Positions 1 through 9,405 of a stretch of 32,000 nt of DNA are shown here, one piece after another. The stretch is taken from the NCBI GenBank assembly GCA_049606355.1, contig JBMYVL010000007.1:25406-57405 (forward strand), written 5' to 3'. A program made the position numbers and the translations under genes. Each line of letters begins with the position of its first letter. The first letter of the stretch is position 1. The notes under the pieces were generated by a model. The model worked only from the letters and a program-made list of their open reading frames with translations, did not search any database and was not told the origin of the DNA. This DNA comes from Opitutales bacterium (lineage in GTDB: Bacteria > Verrucomicrobiota > Verrucomicrobiia > Opitutales > Coraliomargaritaceae).

Positions 1-2165
1 TCATAGAAAACAACCAGCCCCAAAGGTTCCGCAATTCTGAAGCCATATTCAAAGGACAGCATTGTGTAGGTATTACCACCAATCGATTCGGTCGCGTCGT
101 CGGCGTCTCTAGGCCCAATATCACGGTAGTCGTAACCGCGCAGTGAGTCGGGGCCACCCAAGTAAAAGCGGTCGTAGAAAGGGATCGTATCGCTATCCCC
201 ATAAGGAATCGCAGTGCCAGCTCGCGCATAGATCGCCAGGGTTTGGTCCAGCGTCTCAAAGGTCGGGATGAAGTGCGCCATACGCCCTTCTAACTTGAAG
301 TAATTAATATCTCCACCGAGACCCGCCCATTGCGTCGACAGCGTCGTGCGATTGCCCCGGCTGGTGAACAGCAAGGAATCACGGGTATCACGCAAAAAGG
401 TTAGGCCGACTTTGGACACGACTTCCTCGCCCTCCGCCTCTTCGAATACATCTGCAACTGTTGGATCATCGACTCCGGGCACACCGGCAACATCAAAGAT
501 TTCAACAATCTCGTAACGGTACGATAGACGTGCCTCCACTAACTCAAATAAACGGCGGCGCAGGTAGAGCTCAAAACCGGTACGCAATTCGTTATAATCG
601 GAGCTGACATAATCGGACTCGCGACGAAAGAGTTCGACGCCAAAGGCAAGCCGCTGCTCGAAGAGCCACGGCTCTTCAAAGGCGACAATCAGCTCATTAC
701 TCTGCGAGCCAAATGAGCCGCGTAGGCGCATTTTTTGACCGTCACCCTGAAAACCATTACGCCAATTAAAGAGGTCGAAATTCCCTTGCGTGAGTTCAAA
801 GAAGATCACGGCACTCTGCACGGAACCGAAACCGGCGCCGAAACTAAAGCTACCGGTACGGCCTTCACGGACGGTCACCCCGAGATCCTTGCGTCCCGGA
901 ACATTGGTCGCCTCCGGGTTGAGGCGTACGTCCTCGAAAAATTGGGTATTCTTGAGGCGACGCTCACTGGTTTCCATGCGCTTCAAATCAAAGACATCAC
1001 CGGGGCGAAGCGCCAATTCACGCAGAATGACTCGTGTCTTGGTCTTGGTATTACCCTCGACATTGATGGATTCGACATAGAACTTCTCGCTCTCGCGAAT
1101 GCGAAAGACCACATCGATGCGGCGCGTCTGCATATTTGGAACACGCTCTGCGCGCACATAGGACTCCAAGTAACCTCGTGAGGCATAGTAGTCACGCAAG
1201 GCACTTGCTGCGGCGTCGATCCGCTCCGGCGAAAAGGGTTCGCCCTCCTGAAGGCGCATTGCACCCAGTAACTCACCTGCCGTGAAGATGGAATGGTTCG
1301 CAACTGATAATTCACCCAAAACATAGCGTCGACCTTCAGTAATGGGTATCGTTATCTGAATTTTCTTGGCGGTTTGGTACTCGATTTCGACTTGGTCGGC
1401 ATCGATTTCGACATCCAGGAAGCCACGATTGCGGTAAAACGCACGCAGTAAGTCCAGGTCCTCGTCGAACTGGTTCGCATCGTAAATTCCGGCTCCTGTT
1501 AACCAAGCGATCCAATTGGTTTTCTTGGTTTGTAGTTGTTTCCTTAACTGGCGCGCAGTGAAGGCGTTTAAGCCCGTGAAATCAATTTCAGTGATCTTCA
1601 CCTTACCACCGGCTTCAATATCATAAATGACTGTCGCGTAACCAGTCTCCGCATCTCTGTTGATACGATACTCTACGGCCACATCCGGATAGCCTTTTTC
1701 AATGTAGTAGTCCTGAATCTTTTCACCGGCCAAGGACACCCAGTACTCATCAAGCGGAACCCCCGATTCGATTTCTCCCTTGGTCGTCAAACGCTCGGGA
1801 GAAAACCCTTCGTTACCGTTAAATTCGATCGCTCCAATCGTATATTTCGGTACGACAACAAAAATCACATCCACCTTGCCGGCGTCCGCCTGCTCAACCT
1901 TGACTTCGATGAACTCGAATTGATTGGTAGTATATAAGGAGCGGATCGACTGATCTACCAAAACAGGATCGTAGGCCATGCCCGAACGCAATTGTACATT
2001 ACTGCGGACATACTCATCACTGACTGGCTGAAAGCCTTGAAACTCGATGCGGATGCGGCTCACCTCGGGTTCGGCAGACGGCACATCCTGCGCGTTCAGC
2101 ATAGCGGCTATCAGAAGGCCGGCAAAGAGCCACAGTGAACGTAGAGCGTTGGGTAAAAGTCGCAT
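1..2165 (-). CDS. bamA: Outer membrane protein assembly factor BamA (Omp85 family). The C-terminal end is cut by the left window edge.
   Basis: Absent from the supplied ORF track because no stop lies in the window. My translation of the minus strand from the ATG at 2165-2163 gives a signal peptide ([26 protein letters not shown]). POTRA-like repeats follow ([28 protein letters not shown]; [31 protein letters not shown]). Then comes an Omp85 barrel ([14 protein letters not shown]; [21 protein letters not shown]; [20 protein letters not shown]). I found no in-frame stop down to base 1. Confidence 0.9.
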   Translation of the reverse strand, partial: MRLLPNALRSLWLFAGLLIAAMLNAQDVPSAEPEVSRIRIEFQGFQPVSDEYVRSNVQLRSGMAYDPVLVDQSIRSLYTTNQFEFIEVKVEQADAGKVDVIFVVVPKYTIGAIEFNGNEGFSPERLTTKGEIESGVPLDEYWVSLAGEKIQDYYIEKGYPDVAVEYRINRDAETGYATVIYDIEAGGKVKITEIDFTGLNAFTARQLRKQLQTKKTNWIAWLTGAGIYDANQFDEDLDLLRAFYRNRGFLDVEIDADQVEIEYQTAKKIQITIPITEGRRYVLGELSVANHSIFTAGELLGAMRLQEGEPFSPERIDAAASALRDYYASRGYLESYVRAERVPNMQTRRIDVVFRIRESEKFYVESINVEGNTKTKTRVILRELALRPGDVFDLKRMETSERRLKNTQFFEDVRLNPEATNVPGRKDLGVTVREGRTGSFSFGAGFGSVQSAVIFFELTQGNFDLFNWRNGFQGDGQKMRLRGSFGSQSNELIVAFEEPWLFEQRLAFGVELFRRESDYVSSDYNELRTGFELYLRRRLFELVEARLSYRYEIVEIFDVAGVPGVDDPTVADVFEEAEGEEVVSKVGLTFLRDTRDSLLFTSRGNRTTLSTQWAGLGGDINYFKLEGRMAHFIPTFETLDQTLAIYARAGTAIPYGDSDTIPFYDRFYLGGPDSLRGYDYRDIGPRDADDATESIGGNTYTMLSFEYGFRIAEPLGLVVFY

Positions 2166-2195
2166 GGTAGAGAAGGGCCGATTCAGCAAGCCAGA

Positions 2196-3641
2196 TTAAC
2201 GCTGGAAGTTTTCATAACGCGTGTAGCGTCTGACAAAAGTTAAGTCTATGTCACCTATTGGTCCGTTACGTTGCTTGGCAATGATTAATTTAATCTGCTC
2301 CACATCGCCGGGCATTCCACCGTCTTGAACCGCTTCATCCTCGTCACGTTTTTTCGGCCGGTGAAGAATCATGACGACATCGGCATCCTGCTCGATCGAT
2401 CCTGACTCGCGCAGATCGGAAAGGCGAGGGTCACGGCTTTCACGCTCCGACTCACGATTGAGCTGACTGAGGACGACCACAGGGACATTCAGCTCCTTGG
2501 CCATTCCTTTCACCCCACGTGAGATTTCGGCAATTTGCTGTTCGCGGGGCACGCGCGGGTCAGAACCACGTAACAATTGTAGGTAATCAATCACCACAAG
2601 ACCTAAGCGGTGTTTGGTATCGATACGGCGGGCTTTGGCACGCAGGTCTAAAATGGTCGAACTGGAGGCATCATCGATCCACAGGGGTGCTTGTTCGAGT
2701 TCTTTGACGGCTTGAGCAATTTCACGCTGATCCTGAGATGATGCCACACGGTCACGGATGCGTTTCATGTCGACCCGTGCGCGACTACAAATCAGGCGCA
2801 TCGCCAGATCTGCGGCAGTCATCTCTAAACTAAACACCAACACACCGGAAGGCTTACGACCCCCATCGGGGAGAATCGCATGCTCAGCAAAATTCATCGC
2901 CAACGACGTTTTACCGACCGAGGGCCGCGCCGCGAGGACAATCATTTGCCCCGGATGGAAGCCATAGGTCATGCCATCCAAATCGCGAAATCCGGACATG
3001 ACACCCTCAATATCATCACGCCCATTCAATAGAGCATGAATATTCGTAACGGCTAGATTAAGGGATTCCTTAATCGGCGTGGCGCCTTCCGTCACCCGCC
3101 CGCTGCTAATCATGTGGATATCTTCTTCGATCTTTTCAATGAAGACGCTGATATCTTCCTGCTGTACATAGCAGGCCTCGATCGCCTCGCGGGAGGTGCG
3201 AATCAAGCGACGCAAAAGATATTTTTCATGGACGATCTTGGCGAAATAGCGCGCGTGTGCAGCCGTCTCGATGCGATCCTGAATCGCATAAATTGCGGCG
3301 ATCCCGCCAACCTCCTCGTCGTTACCCTCTTTTTTGAGGTGCTCAATGAGTAAAATCTCATCGATCGGATCACCTGTCTCATAGAGCGCCAGTAAGGCTC
3401 CGAACAATACCTGGTGCGCAGTCTTGTAAAAGAAATCCGGAAGAATCTTGGCTTCAATGCAATCGGTAAGGACCTCACGCCCGCCATCAATCAAGCAGGA
3501 TGCGAGTAAGCCTTCCTCCGCCTCAATGCTATGAGGTTGCACGCGAACCGCTTCAAGCGGATCACTGGCATTCGCCTCATTTCGAAAATCCCTGCCGCCC
3601 TTACCGCGACCATAGGTTGGTGGCGTCGTTTCAGGGGGCAT
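2196..3641 (-). CDS. dnaB: Replicative DNA helicase DnaB
   Basis: 481 aa ORF. DnaB N-terminal domain ([18 protein letters not shown]), Walker A ([14 protein letters not shown]), Walker B region ([10 protein letters not shown]) and a RecA-like C-terminal part ([23 protein letters not shown]). No intein-sized insertion. Confidence 0.95.
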   Translation of the reverse strand: MPPETTPPTYGRGKGGRDFRNEANASDPLEAVRVQPHSIEAEEGLLASCLIDGGREVLTDCIEAKILPDFFYKTAHQVLFGALLALYETGDPIDEILLIEHLKKEGNDEEVGGIAAIYAIQDRIETAAHARYFAKIVHEKYLLRRLIRTSREAIEACYVQQEDISVFIEKIEEDIHMISSGRVTEGATPIKESLNLAVTNIHALLNGRDDIEGVMSGFRDLDGMTYGFHPGQMIVLAARPSVGKTSLAMNFAEHAILPDGGRKPSGVLVFSLEMTAADLAMRLICSRARVDMKRIRDRVASSQDQREIAQAVKELEQAPLWIDDASSSTILDLRAKARRIDTKHRLGLVVIDYLQLLRGSDPRVPREQQIAEISRGVKGMAKELNVPVVVLSQLNRESERESRDPRLSDLRESGSIEQDADVVMILHRPKKRDEDEAVQDGGMPGDVEQIKLIIAKQRNGPIGDIDLTFVRRYTRYENFQR

Positions 3642-3674
3642 AGTTCTTAGTCAAAACGACTTGAATGAAACGGC

Positions 3675-4175
3675 TTATTCGTCCTCCCCAGCATCGGCAT
3701 CGTCTTCCACCACTTCAATTGGGTTTTCGGAGACGACTTCGAACTTTAATTCAGCTGAAATATCGCTGTGGAGTTTAACGGCCACGGTATGGGAACCCAG
3801 GTCCTTAACCGGAGCTGGAAGCGAAAGTTGCTTTTTAACCAACTCAATACCCTCCTCTTTGAGTCGATTGAGCAAATCATTAGCGGTGACGGCACCATAC
3901 ATCTTACCACCTTCGCCGGTTTTCACCGCGATCGCAATCGTCGTACTTGAAACCTTGGCGGCGAGCTCACGTGCTGCCTCAAGTTCCTTTACTTCACGTG
4001 CTTCACGCGCTTTGAGCAATGCTTCCATTTGCTTCTTGTTCGCCTGTGTGATCGGCAGAGCAACTTTGCGCGGGAGCAAAAAATTGCGTGCATAGCCTGC
4101 ACGAACAGTCACGGTGTCGCCTTCAGCGCCGAGACCTTGAATGGGTTGTAAGAGAAGAACCTGGTTAGTGGCCAT
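3675..4175 (-). CDS. rplI: 50S ribosomal protein L9
   Basis: 166 aa. The N-terminus (VLLLQPIQGLGAEGDTVTVRAGYARNFLLPRKVALPIT) is the canonical L9 N-domain. It sits in the conserved position between ssb and dnaB and has an acidic C-terminal tail. Confidence 0.93.
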   Translation of the reverse strand: MATNQVLLLQPIQGLGAEGDTVTVRAGYARNFLLPRKVALPITQANKKQMEALLKAREAREVKELEAARELAAKVSSTTIAIAVKTGEGGKMYGAVTANDLLNRLKEEGIELVKKQLSLPAPVKDLGSHTVAVKLHSDISAELKFEVVSENPIEVVEDDADAGEDE

Positions 4176-4218
4176 ATTTCGTATTCGTTTAAGAGATTAA
4201 AAGATAGTTAGTGATTAT

Positions 4219-4668
4219 TTAAAAAGGCACGTCTTGATCCAGCCCATCGTCCTGTGGCGAAGCCGCAGGCGAATCTGTTGGCGTCGCTTGCGAGCGCTCC
4301 GGTGGGGAACTCGTTTCGTAGCCCCCTTGGTTTTCGTCACGGCTGCCTAAAAATTGAAAGTTCTCCAAAACCACGCCGAGCTTACTACGCTTTTGGCCCT
4401 CGTTGCTTTCCCACTGGTCGAGCTTGAGACGGCCTTCCACCATGATCGGGCGCCCTTTGCGCATATACTTGGCAATAACTTCCGCCTGCTTACCAAAGGC
4501 ATCTATATCGACAAAGGTTGTCTCTTCGCGGCGCTCCCCCTCCCGGGTCGAATAATTGCGCGACACGGCCAGACCCAACTTACAGATCGAATGACCGTTC
4601 GGCGTGACACGCATTTCCGGGTCGCGCGTCAAGTTGCCCATGAGAATAACTTTGTTGAAGGAGGCCAT
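4219..4668 (-). CDS. ssb: Single-stranded DNA-binding protein
   Basis: 149 aa. OB fold (MASFNKVILMGNLTRDPEMRVTPNG ... TTFVDIDAFGKQAEVIAKYMRKGRPIMVEGRLKLDQWE), a disordered Gly/Pro-rich linker and an acidic C-terminal tip ending in DQDVPF. Confidence 0.95.
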   Translation of the reverse strand: MASFNKVILMGNLTRDPEMRVTPNGHSICKLGLAVSRNYSTREGERREETTFVDIDAFGKQAEVIAKYMRKGRPIMVEGRLKLDQWESNEGQKRSKLGVVLENFQFLGSRDENQGGYETSSPPERSQATPTDSPAASPQDDGLDQDVPF

Positions 4669-4711
4669 GGTCTGTAGTTGTGGTTGAGTGCACCGCGGAC
4701 GATGCTCGAGG

Positions 4712-5008
4712 TTACGCTTCGACGAAGATGCGATTGACGCGCTTGTCGTGCTTTAATTTTTCTTTGAGATCGGTTGGTACGCTGCCTGCACCGGAAACCC
4801 ACATTTGCACGTAGTGTCCCTGTGCAAAGCGACGGTCTGCGGCGCGCGCGAATTCCCGCACACCGAGATCTTCAACGTCGGTTGTTTCGCCGCCGATATC
4901 GGTGAGCGTTTGCTTGATATCATCGATCACTTTTTGTGCGTCGTCTTCGGTTGCACGGAGATCGAGGATGAAGGAGATTTTATAGTTATTGGCTGTCGTT
5001 GCGCTCAT
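4712..5008 (-). CDS. rpsF: 30S ribosomal protein S6
   Basis: 98 aa, with S6-like size and pattern (YKISFILDLRATEDD ... EDLGVREFA ... GHYVQMWV). It lies directly upstream of ssb, as in rpsF-ssb operons. The start overlaps the pth 3' end by 23 nt. Confidence 0.88.
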   Translation of the reverse strand: MSATTANNYKISFILDLRATEDDAQKVIDDIKQTLTDIGGETTDVEDLGVREFARAADRRFAQGHYVQMWVSGAGSVPTDLKEKLKHDKRVNRIFVEA

Positions 5009-5591
5009 GCTGAGGTGCTGTGCGTTGGTTGATTAAGTTCATGGCAGGCTCGATCCCGCTGTCAATGATGAGCTGAATATGCTCAAGATAAGATGGTATC
5101 GAATCGGCCAAAATTTTTTGTTCTGCTTGAGTCAATTGACTGAGAACATAGTCGGCAAGGTCCATTTCTTTGTGCGGTTTGGCACCGATACCGATACGGT
5201 AACGATTAAACCCTACACCCACCTGCTCCAGGATACTGGTAATGCCGTTATGGCCACCAGCGCTACCGCAGTGACTGAGCTTCACGCGGCCGAACTCGAG
5301 CGTCAGGTCATCGTAGAGTACCAGTAGCGACTCGGGCGTGAGTCGCCGGTAGCGCAGAATCGCGCCCAGCGAACGACCACTCGAATTCATGAAGGTTTGC
5401 GGCTTCACGAGGAGGAGTTTCCTGTCGTTAACGCTGACTTGTGCGATCTCGGCCTCGAATTTAGGTTCGTTTTTCCATTGAGCACTCAGTTGTTTAGCCA
5501 AGTGGTCGATGCATTCGAACCCGAGGTTGTGTCGGGTGTTGCGGTATTTCAGGCCCGGGTTTCCGAGCCCAGCAATGACCGCGATGGACAT
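4986..5591 (-). CDS. pth: Peptidyl-tRNA hydrolase
   Basis: 201 aa. Canonical Pth N-terminus (VIAGLGNPGLKYRNTRHNLGF) and GHNG motif (SAGGHNGITSI). It follows rplY (ctc), a common gene pair. Confidence 0.95.
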   Translation of the reverse strand: MSIAVIAGLGNPGLKYRNTRHNLGFECIDHLAKQLSAQWKNEPKFEAEIAQVSVNDRKLLLVKPQTFMNSSGRSLGAILRYRRLTPESLLVLYDDLTLEFGRVKLSHCGSAGGHNGITSILEQVGVGFNRYRIGIGAKPHKEMDLADYVLSQLTQAEQKILADSIPSYLEHIQLIIDSGIEPAMNLINQRTAPQHERNDSQ

Positions 5592-5642
5592 TTTACAAAG
5601 AACAAAGTGGAGCCGAACGCTCCGATTAAAATTTAAATTCGA

Positions 5643-6305
5643 TTAAGCGTCGGCGCCCTCTTCGGCAGCCTCTTCCTTAATGTTGTCAGCCGGGACACTC
5701 GCCGCATCCACTTCCTCCGCTACTTCAGGCTCGGCAGCAGCGACTGTTGGCGGTTGGCATGAAACAATCACTTGAATCGGGTTGCCCAGGTACTCTACCC
5801 CTTCGATCACAGGTAAGTCACTAATGTGGATCGCTTCGCCGACCTTGAGGGCTGCGACATCCACAGGGATGTGGTCTGGCAATTTAGACGGACGGCAACG
5901 GATCTCCACCTCGTGGGATTTGTGGTCAATGATGCCACCTTCGTTTTTGACGCCGTCACACGCTGCTTCGTTCGCCAAATGTGTGGGGACACTGGTAACA
6001 AAAGACTCGCCGCGCTTCACTTCTTGAAAATCGATATGGTTGATCGAGCCCTTGATGGCGTGATGCTGCACATCATTGATCAAGGTGAGCATACTCTCGC
6101 CATTCTCATCAGTGAGTTCGATAAGTGAGGCTTCGCCGCCGAGCTCGCGGTTGAGATTACGGAATTCAACTGCATTGACGGTCACCGAACGAGCCGTACC
6201 TTTGCTGTAAACACTGGCGGGAATCTTGCCTGCTGCGCGAAGGCGGCGCACTGCGCCACGGCCGGTTACTTCACGAGAAACGACGTTGAGTTTGATTTGA
6301 TTCAT
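5643..6305 (-). CDS. rplY: 50S ribosomal protein L25 / general stress protein Ctc (long form)
   Basis: The track ORF 5643-6428 begins with 41 residues unlike any L25. The internal ATG at 6305-6303 gives MNQIKLNVVSREVTGRGAVRRLRAAGKIPASVY, a typical L25/Ctc N-terminus. A Ctc C-domain and an acidic tail follow. Confidence 0.9.
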   Translation of the reverse strand: MNQIKLNVVSREVTGRGAVRRLRAAGKIPASVYSKGTARSVTVNAVEFRNLNRELGGEASLIELTDENGESMLTLINDVQHHAIKGSINHIDFQEVKRGESFVTSVPTHLANEAACDGVKNEGGIIDHKSHEVEIRCRPSKLPDHIPVDVAALKVGEAIHISDLPVIEGVEYLGNPIQVIVSCQPPTVAAAEPEVAEEVDAASVPADNIKEEAAEEGADA

Positions 6306-6484
6306 GACTGAAAAATTGAGTACAAATGAGCGGCTTAAACGCAGCTGGGAATGTGAGAAAACCGCGCACAATAAAATAGAGACTTCGAAAAGCAACCTAA
6401 AGTTTACGCAATTTTTAGGTAGAGCCATGACCCAAAAATAATCTCGTCAGCGAGACATCAACCCGCCTCAACTTATTCGCGTTT

Positions 6485-7699
6485 ATGGTACAAGATCCCA
6501 CACCCAGACTGAGTCCGGAGCGACTGGCCGCGCTGGCAAGCATCCCTGCCAATAGCGCCCCCTCTCCTGCCTATATCATTCATTTGGACCTGCTGGAAGC
6601 AAATGGGCGCCTACTACAATCGGTCGCCGAACGATCCGGCGCCAAGATTCTACTCGCTCTCAAGGGCTTTGCTTGCCACAGCACCTTCTCGCTCCTGCAG
6701 CCCTATTTGGCAGGCACCACTTCCAGTGGACTGCACGAGAGCCTGTTGGCTCAGGACTATTTTGGTAAAGAAATCCATGTTTACGCACCCGCCTACAAGA
6801 GCGATGAGCTCAAGCAACTGAGTGCCTATGCGCACAGCGTGGTTTTCAATTCCGCCCAACAACTTGCAAAAGGCTTGGACGTACTCGCTGGTCACCGCCT
6901 CCCTGAACTGGGCCTACGCATCAATCCCGAGTATTCAGAGGTCGAAACAACTGCTTACGACCCCTGCGCTGCCGGCTCCCGCCTCGGAACCACACGCGCG
7001 GCCCTCGACCACGCGTTAAATCAATTGCCGGGCAATCCACTCGAAGCACTGAGTGGTCTACACTTCCATGCGCTTTGCGAGCAGGATGCCGATGCCCTTG
7101 AACACACAGCCGATGCATTTGAAGAAAAATTTGGTGACCTAATACACCGTCTAAATCTGAAATGGTTAAACTTTGGTGGGGGCCACCACATCACCCGGCC
7201 GGGCTATGACATCGACCGCCTGTGTCGTGTCGTCGAGCGCTTCCGCCGTCGCTACAACCTCGAAGTCTACCTCGAACCGGGTGAAGCTGTCGCGCTCCAC
7301 ACCGGCGTATTAGCGACCACCGTGCTGGATCTCATTGAAGCTGGCGGGCAACAGCTTGCGATTGTCGATACATCCGCCACCTGCCACATGCCGGATGTCC
7401 TAGAGATGCCCTATCGCCCGGAAATCCTTGGCGCCGGCAAGGCACATGAAAATGCCTACACTTACGGCATCGGAGGGCTCTCCTGCCTAGCGGGCGACCA
7501 AATCGGCAGCTATTCCTTTAACGAACCACTGACTATCGGGCAGCGCTTAGTATTTTTAGATATGTCGCACTACACCATGGTCAAGACGACCACCTTTAAT
7601 GGTGTCCCGCTACCAGCTATCTGCCACTACAGTGAATCACAAGGCTTACAGGTGATACGTCGCTTCGGTTACGAAGACTACCGCTGTCGCCTTTCATAA
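6485..7699 (+). CDS. nspC: Carboxynorspermidine / carboxyspermidine decarboxylase
   Basis: 404 aa. Looks like a PLP-dependent decarboxylase of the Orn/DAP/Arg decarboxylase fold. Its blocks are typical of the NspC family (ILLALKGFACHSTFSLL, GTTSSGLHESLLA, LNFGGGHHITRPGY, LEPGEAVA, GGLSCLAGD). Confidence 0.82.
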   Translation: MVQDPTPRLSPERLAALASIPANSAPSPAYIIHLDLLEANGRLLQSVAERSGAKILLALKGFACHSTFSLLQPYLAGTTSSGLHESLLAQDYFGKEIHVYAPAYKSDELKQLSAYAHSVVFNSAQQLAKGLDVLAGHRLPELGLRINPEYSEVETTAYDPCAAGSRLGTTRAALDHALNQLPGNPLEALSGLHFHALCEQDADALEHTADAFEEKFGDLIHRLNLKWLNFGGGHHITRPGYDIDRLCRVVERFRRRYNLEVYLEPGEAVALHTGVLATTVLDLIEAGGQQLAIVDTSATCHMPDVLEMPYRPEILGAGKAHENAYTYGIGGLSCLAGDQIGSYSFNEPLTIGQRLVFLDMSHYTMVKTTTFNGVPLPAICHYSESQGLQVIRRFGYEDYRCRLS

Positions 7700-7745
7700 A
7701 CATTCATTCGCAACCGACACTGCGTCAAAACGTACTCCATCTACC

Positions 7746-7904
7746 ATGTCAGCCATCAACACCAAAGGTTTAGTCCTAGGACTGCTCCTCCTGCTTCTCG
7801 CCCTGAGCTCAACCCTACTGGTATTTCGCCTACGAGCATGCCACATGCATTCGCAGGCGCCAACAGGAGGTGAAACCGAAGTGCCGGCCACAGTCAGCCC
7901 GTAG
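7746..7904 (+). CDS. Hypothetical 52-aa single-pass membrane protein (speculative)
   Basis: Read by eye; it is below the track's length cutoff. The ATG at 7746 gives MSAINTKGLVLGLLLLLLALSSTLLVFRLRACHMHSQAPTGGETEVPATVSP, ending at the TAG at 7902-7904. It has one clean hydrophobic helix followed by basic residues. I see no obvious Shine-Dalgarno. It occupies the otherwise empty 237-bp nspC/EVE gap. Confidence 0.3.
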   Translation: MSAINTKGLVLGLLLLLLALSSTLLVFRLRACHMHSQAPTGGETEVPATVSP

Positions 7905-7936
7905 GCTAGGCTCACTTCACTACGCTTGAGCTGCCG

Positions 7937-8404
7937 CTAGTTTCCCGCGCCTGCGCGCTCAATCGCGCGGAACTCCGCTTCAGTCACCGGCGTGATTGAT
8001 AAGCGATTACCACGCTGGAGGGCGCGCATTTCACTCAACTCCGGAAGCGCCTTCATTGCCTCCAGCGAGACGAGCTGTTTTAGATCGGCCTTATACTTCA
8101 CGTCAACCAACACCCACCGCGGGTTGTCCGGATCGCTCTTACTATCGAAGTATTTAGACTTCGGATCAAACGCCGTAGGGTCTGGGTATGGTGCACTTGC
8201 GACTTCCGCAATGCCCGCGACACCAGGCGGCTTGGTATTTGAATGATAAAACAAAATCAAATCCCCGAGTTGCATCGCATCACGCATATAGTTCCGCGCT
8301 TGATAATTGCGGACGCCATCCCACGGTTCAGTTTGCTGCGGACGTGCCTTGAGGTCCTCAAAAGAGAACACATCCGGCTCAGATTTCATTAACCAATAGT
8401 TCAC
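7937..8404 (-). CDS. EVE (PUA-like, Thyn1-type) domain protein
   Basis: 155 aa. MNYWLMKSEPDVFSFEDLK ... WDGVRNYQARNYMRDAMQLGDLILFYHS ... GIAEV matches the stand-alone EVE domain pattern. Confidence 0.82.
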   Translation of the reverse strand: MNYWLMKSEPDVFSFEDLKARPQQTEPWDGVRNYQARNYMRDAMQLGDLILFYHSNTKPPGVAGIAEVASAPYPDPTAFDPKSKYFDSKSDPDNPRWVLVDVKYKADLKQLVSLEAMKALPELSEMRALQRGNRLSITPVTEAEFRAIERAGAGN

Positions 8405-8436
8405 GGGAAGGGACAGTAGCTTCAGACAAGCAAGGC

Positions 8437-9402
8437 TTAGCGAAGCCCAATTTTCTCTAGGATACGGTCAAGGTCTTCGTTACCAAAATACTCGATGGTC
8501 AACTTACCCTTCTTGGGAGAGTGCTGCAGCTTGACGCGCGAATTAAAGTGCTCACCGATACGCTTCTCAAGGTCACGGATAGCGGTGGCTTCGGCATCCG
8601 ACACTTTGCGACTACCCTTCGACCCGCCAGCGCTTTGCTTAAGGCGGCGCACCTCACTCTCGGCTTCGCGCACACTCATCCCGGTTTCAATAATGCGGCG
8701 CGCCAAGAGTTTACGCTGCGCCTCACTCTCGACCCCAAGGAGCACTTTGGCGTGGCCCGTTGAAATGAGCCGGCGACTGAGGAAGCCTTGAATTTCGCCA
8801 TCGAGGGACAATAAACGAAGTGAATTCGCGACTGCTGCGCGGCTCTTGCCCACACGCGTGGCAGCGGCTTCTTGAGTCAGGTCGAAGTCACGAATCAAAC
8901 TCGCGTAGCCCAAGGCTTCATCGATAGGGTTTAGGTTTTCGCGCTGTAAATTCTCGATCAAAGCCAGCGCCGCCGAGGACGCATCACTCGCTTCAATCAC
9001 CCGCACCGGTATCTTATCTTTGCCCAAGTGCTCAAACGCACGCAAACGACGCTCACCAGCAATCAACTCAAATTGCTTTCCCTTAGAACGCACTACGATC
9101 GGCTGTATTAAGCCTTCTGCTTGAATGCTCTTTGCCAGCTCTTCAACGTGCTGAGCGTTGATCTCACGCCGTGGCTGGTATGGGTTCGCCGCTATTGACT
9201 GCAGCGGCAACTCGTGCGGCACTGCGACCGTAGGCGCTTCGGTCTTAGGCTGCACCACCTTAGACTTCGCCGCCGGCTTTTTTTTCGGAGCCACTTTTTT
9301 TGCCGCTTTAGCCACTTCGGGCGCTGGTTGTTGTACCGGAGCGGATCCGGAACCTGAAATAAGGCCGCCAAGACCGCGGCCGAGTCTACTTTTATTACTC
9401 AT
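8437..9402 (-). CDS. parB: Chromosome partitioning protein ParB/Spo0J
   Basis: 321 aa. ParB box (NPYQPRR; IQPIVVR; ELIAGERRLRA), an HTH region (LTQEAAATRVGKSRAAVANSLRLLSL) and a C-terminal dimerisation region. It carries an Ala/Lys/Pro-rich N-terminal extension. Confidence 0.92.
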   Translation of the reverse strand: MSNKSRLGRGLGGLISGSGSAPVQQPAPEVAKAAKKVAPKKKPAAKSKVVQPKTEAPTVAVPHELPLQSIAANPYQPRREINAQHVEELAKSIQAEGLIQPIVVRSKGKQFELIAGERRLRAFEHLGKDKIPVRVIEASDASSAALALIENLQRENLNPIDEALGYASLIRDFDLTQEAAATRVGKSRAAVANSLRLLSLDGEIQGFLSRRLISTGHAKVLLGVESEAQRKLLARRIIETGMSVREAESEVRRLKQSAGGSKGSRKVSDAEATAIRDLEKRIGEHFNSRVKLQHSPKKGKLTIEYFGNEDLDRILEKIGLR

Positions 9403-9405
9403 TAA

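Noticed and set aside
3113-3121. DnaA-box-like 8-of-9 matches: TGTGGATAT here and TTATCCACC at 26394-26402. These raise the question of a nearby oriC, given that dnaB and parB are present.
   Set aside because: They are two isolated imperfect boxes inside coding regions, 23 kb apart. There is no cluster, no AT-rich unwinding element and no dnaA gene in the window.
3661-4095. A 144-codon Ser/Ala-rich plus-strand ORF antisense to rplI.
   Set aside because: It has shadow-frame composition and is fully contained within the L9 gene.
5609-5623. A small hairpin (GGAGC-GTTCG-GCTCC on the minus strand, followed by ACTTTGTTCTTTG) between rplY and pth.
   Set aside because: The stem is only 5 bp and the T tract is interrupted, which is too weak to call a terminator or attenuator.
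7937-8404. The EVE domain gene as part of a modified-base-sensing restriction or defence module.
   Set aside because: It is a stand-alone domain of about 155 aa with no fused or adjacent nuclease, helicase or methyltransferase. It resembles the widespread single-domain Thyn1-like form.
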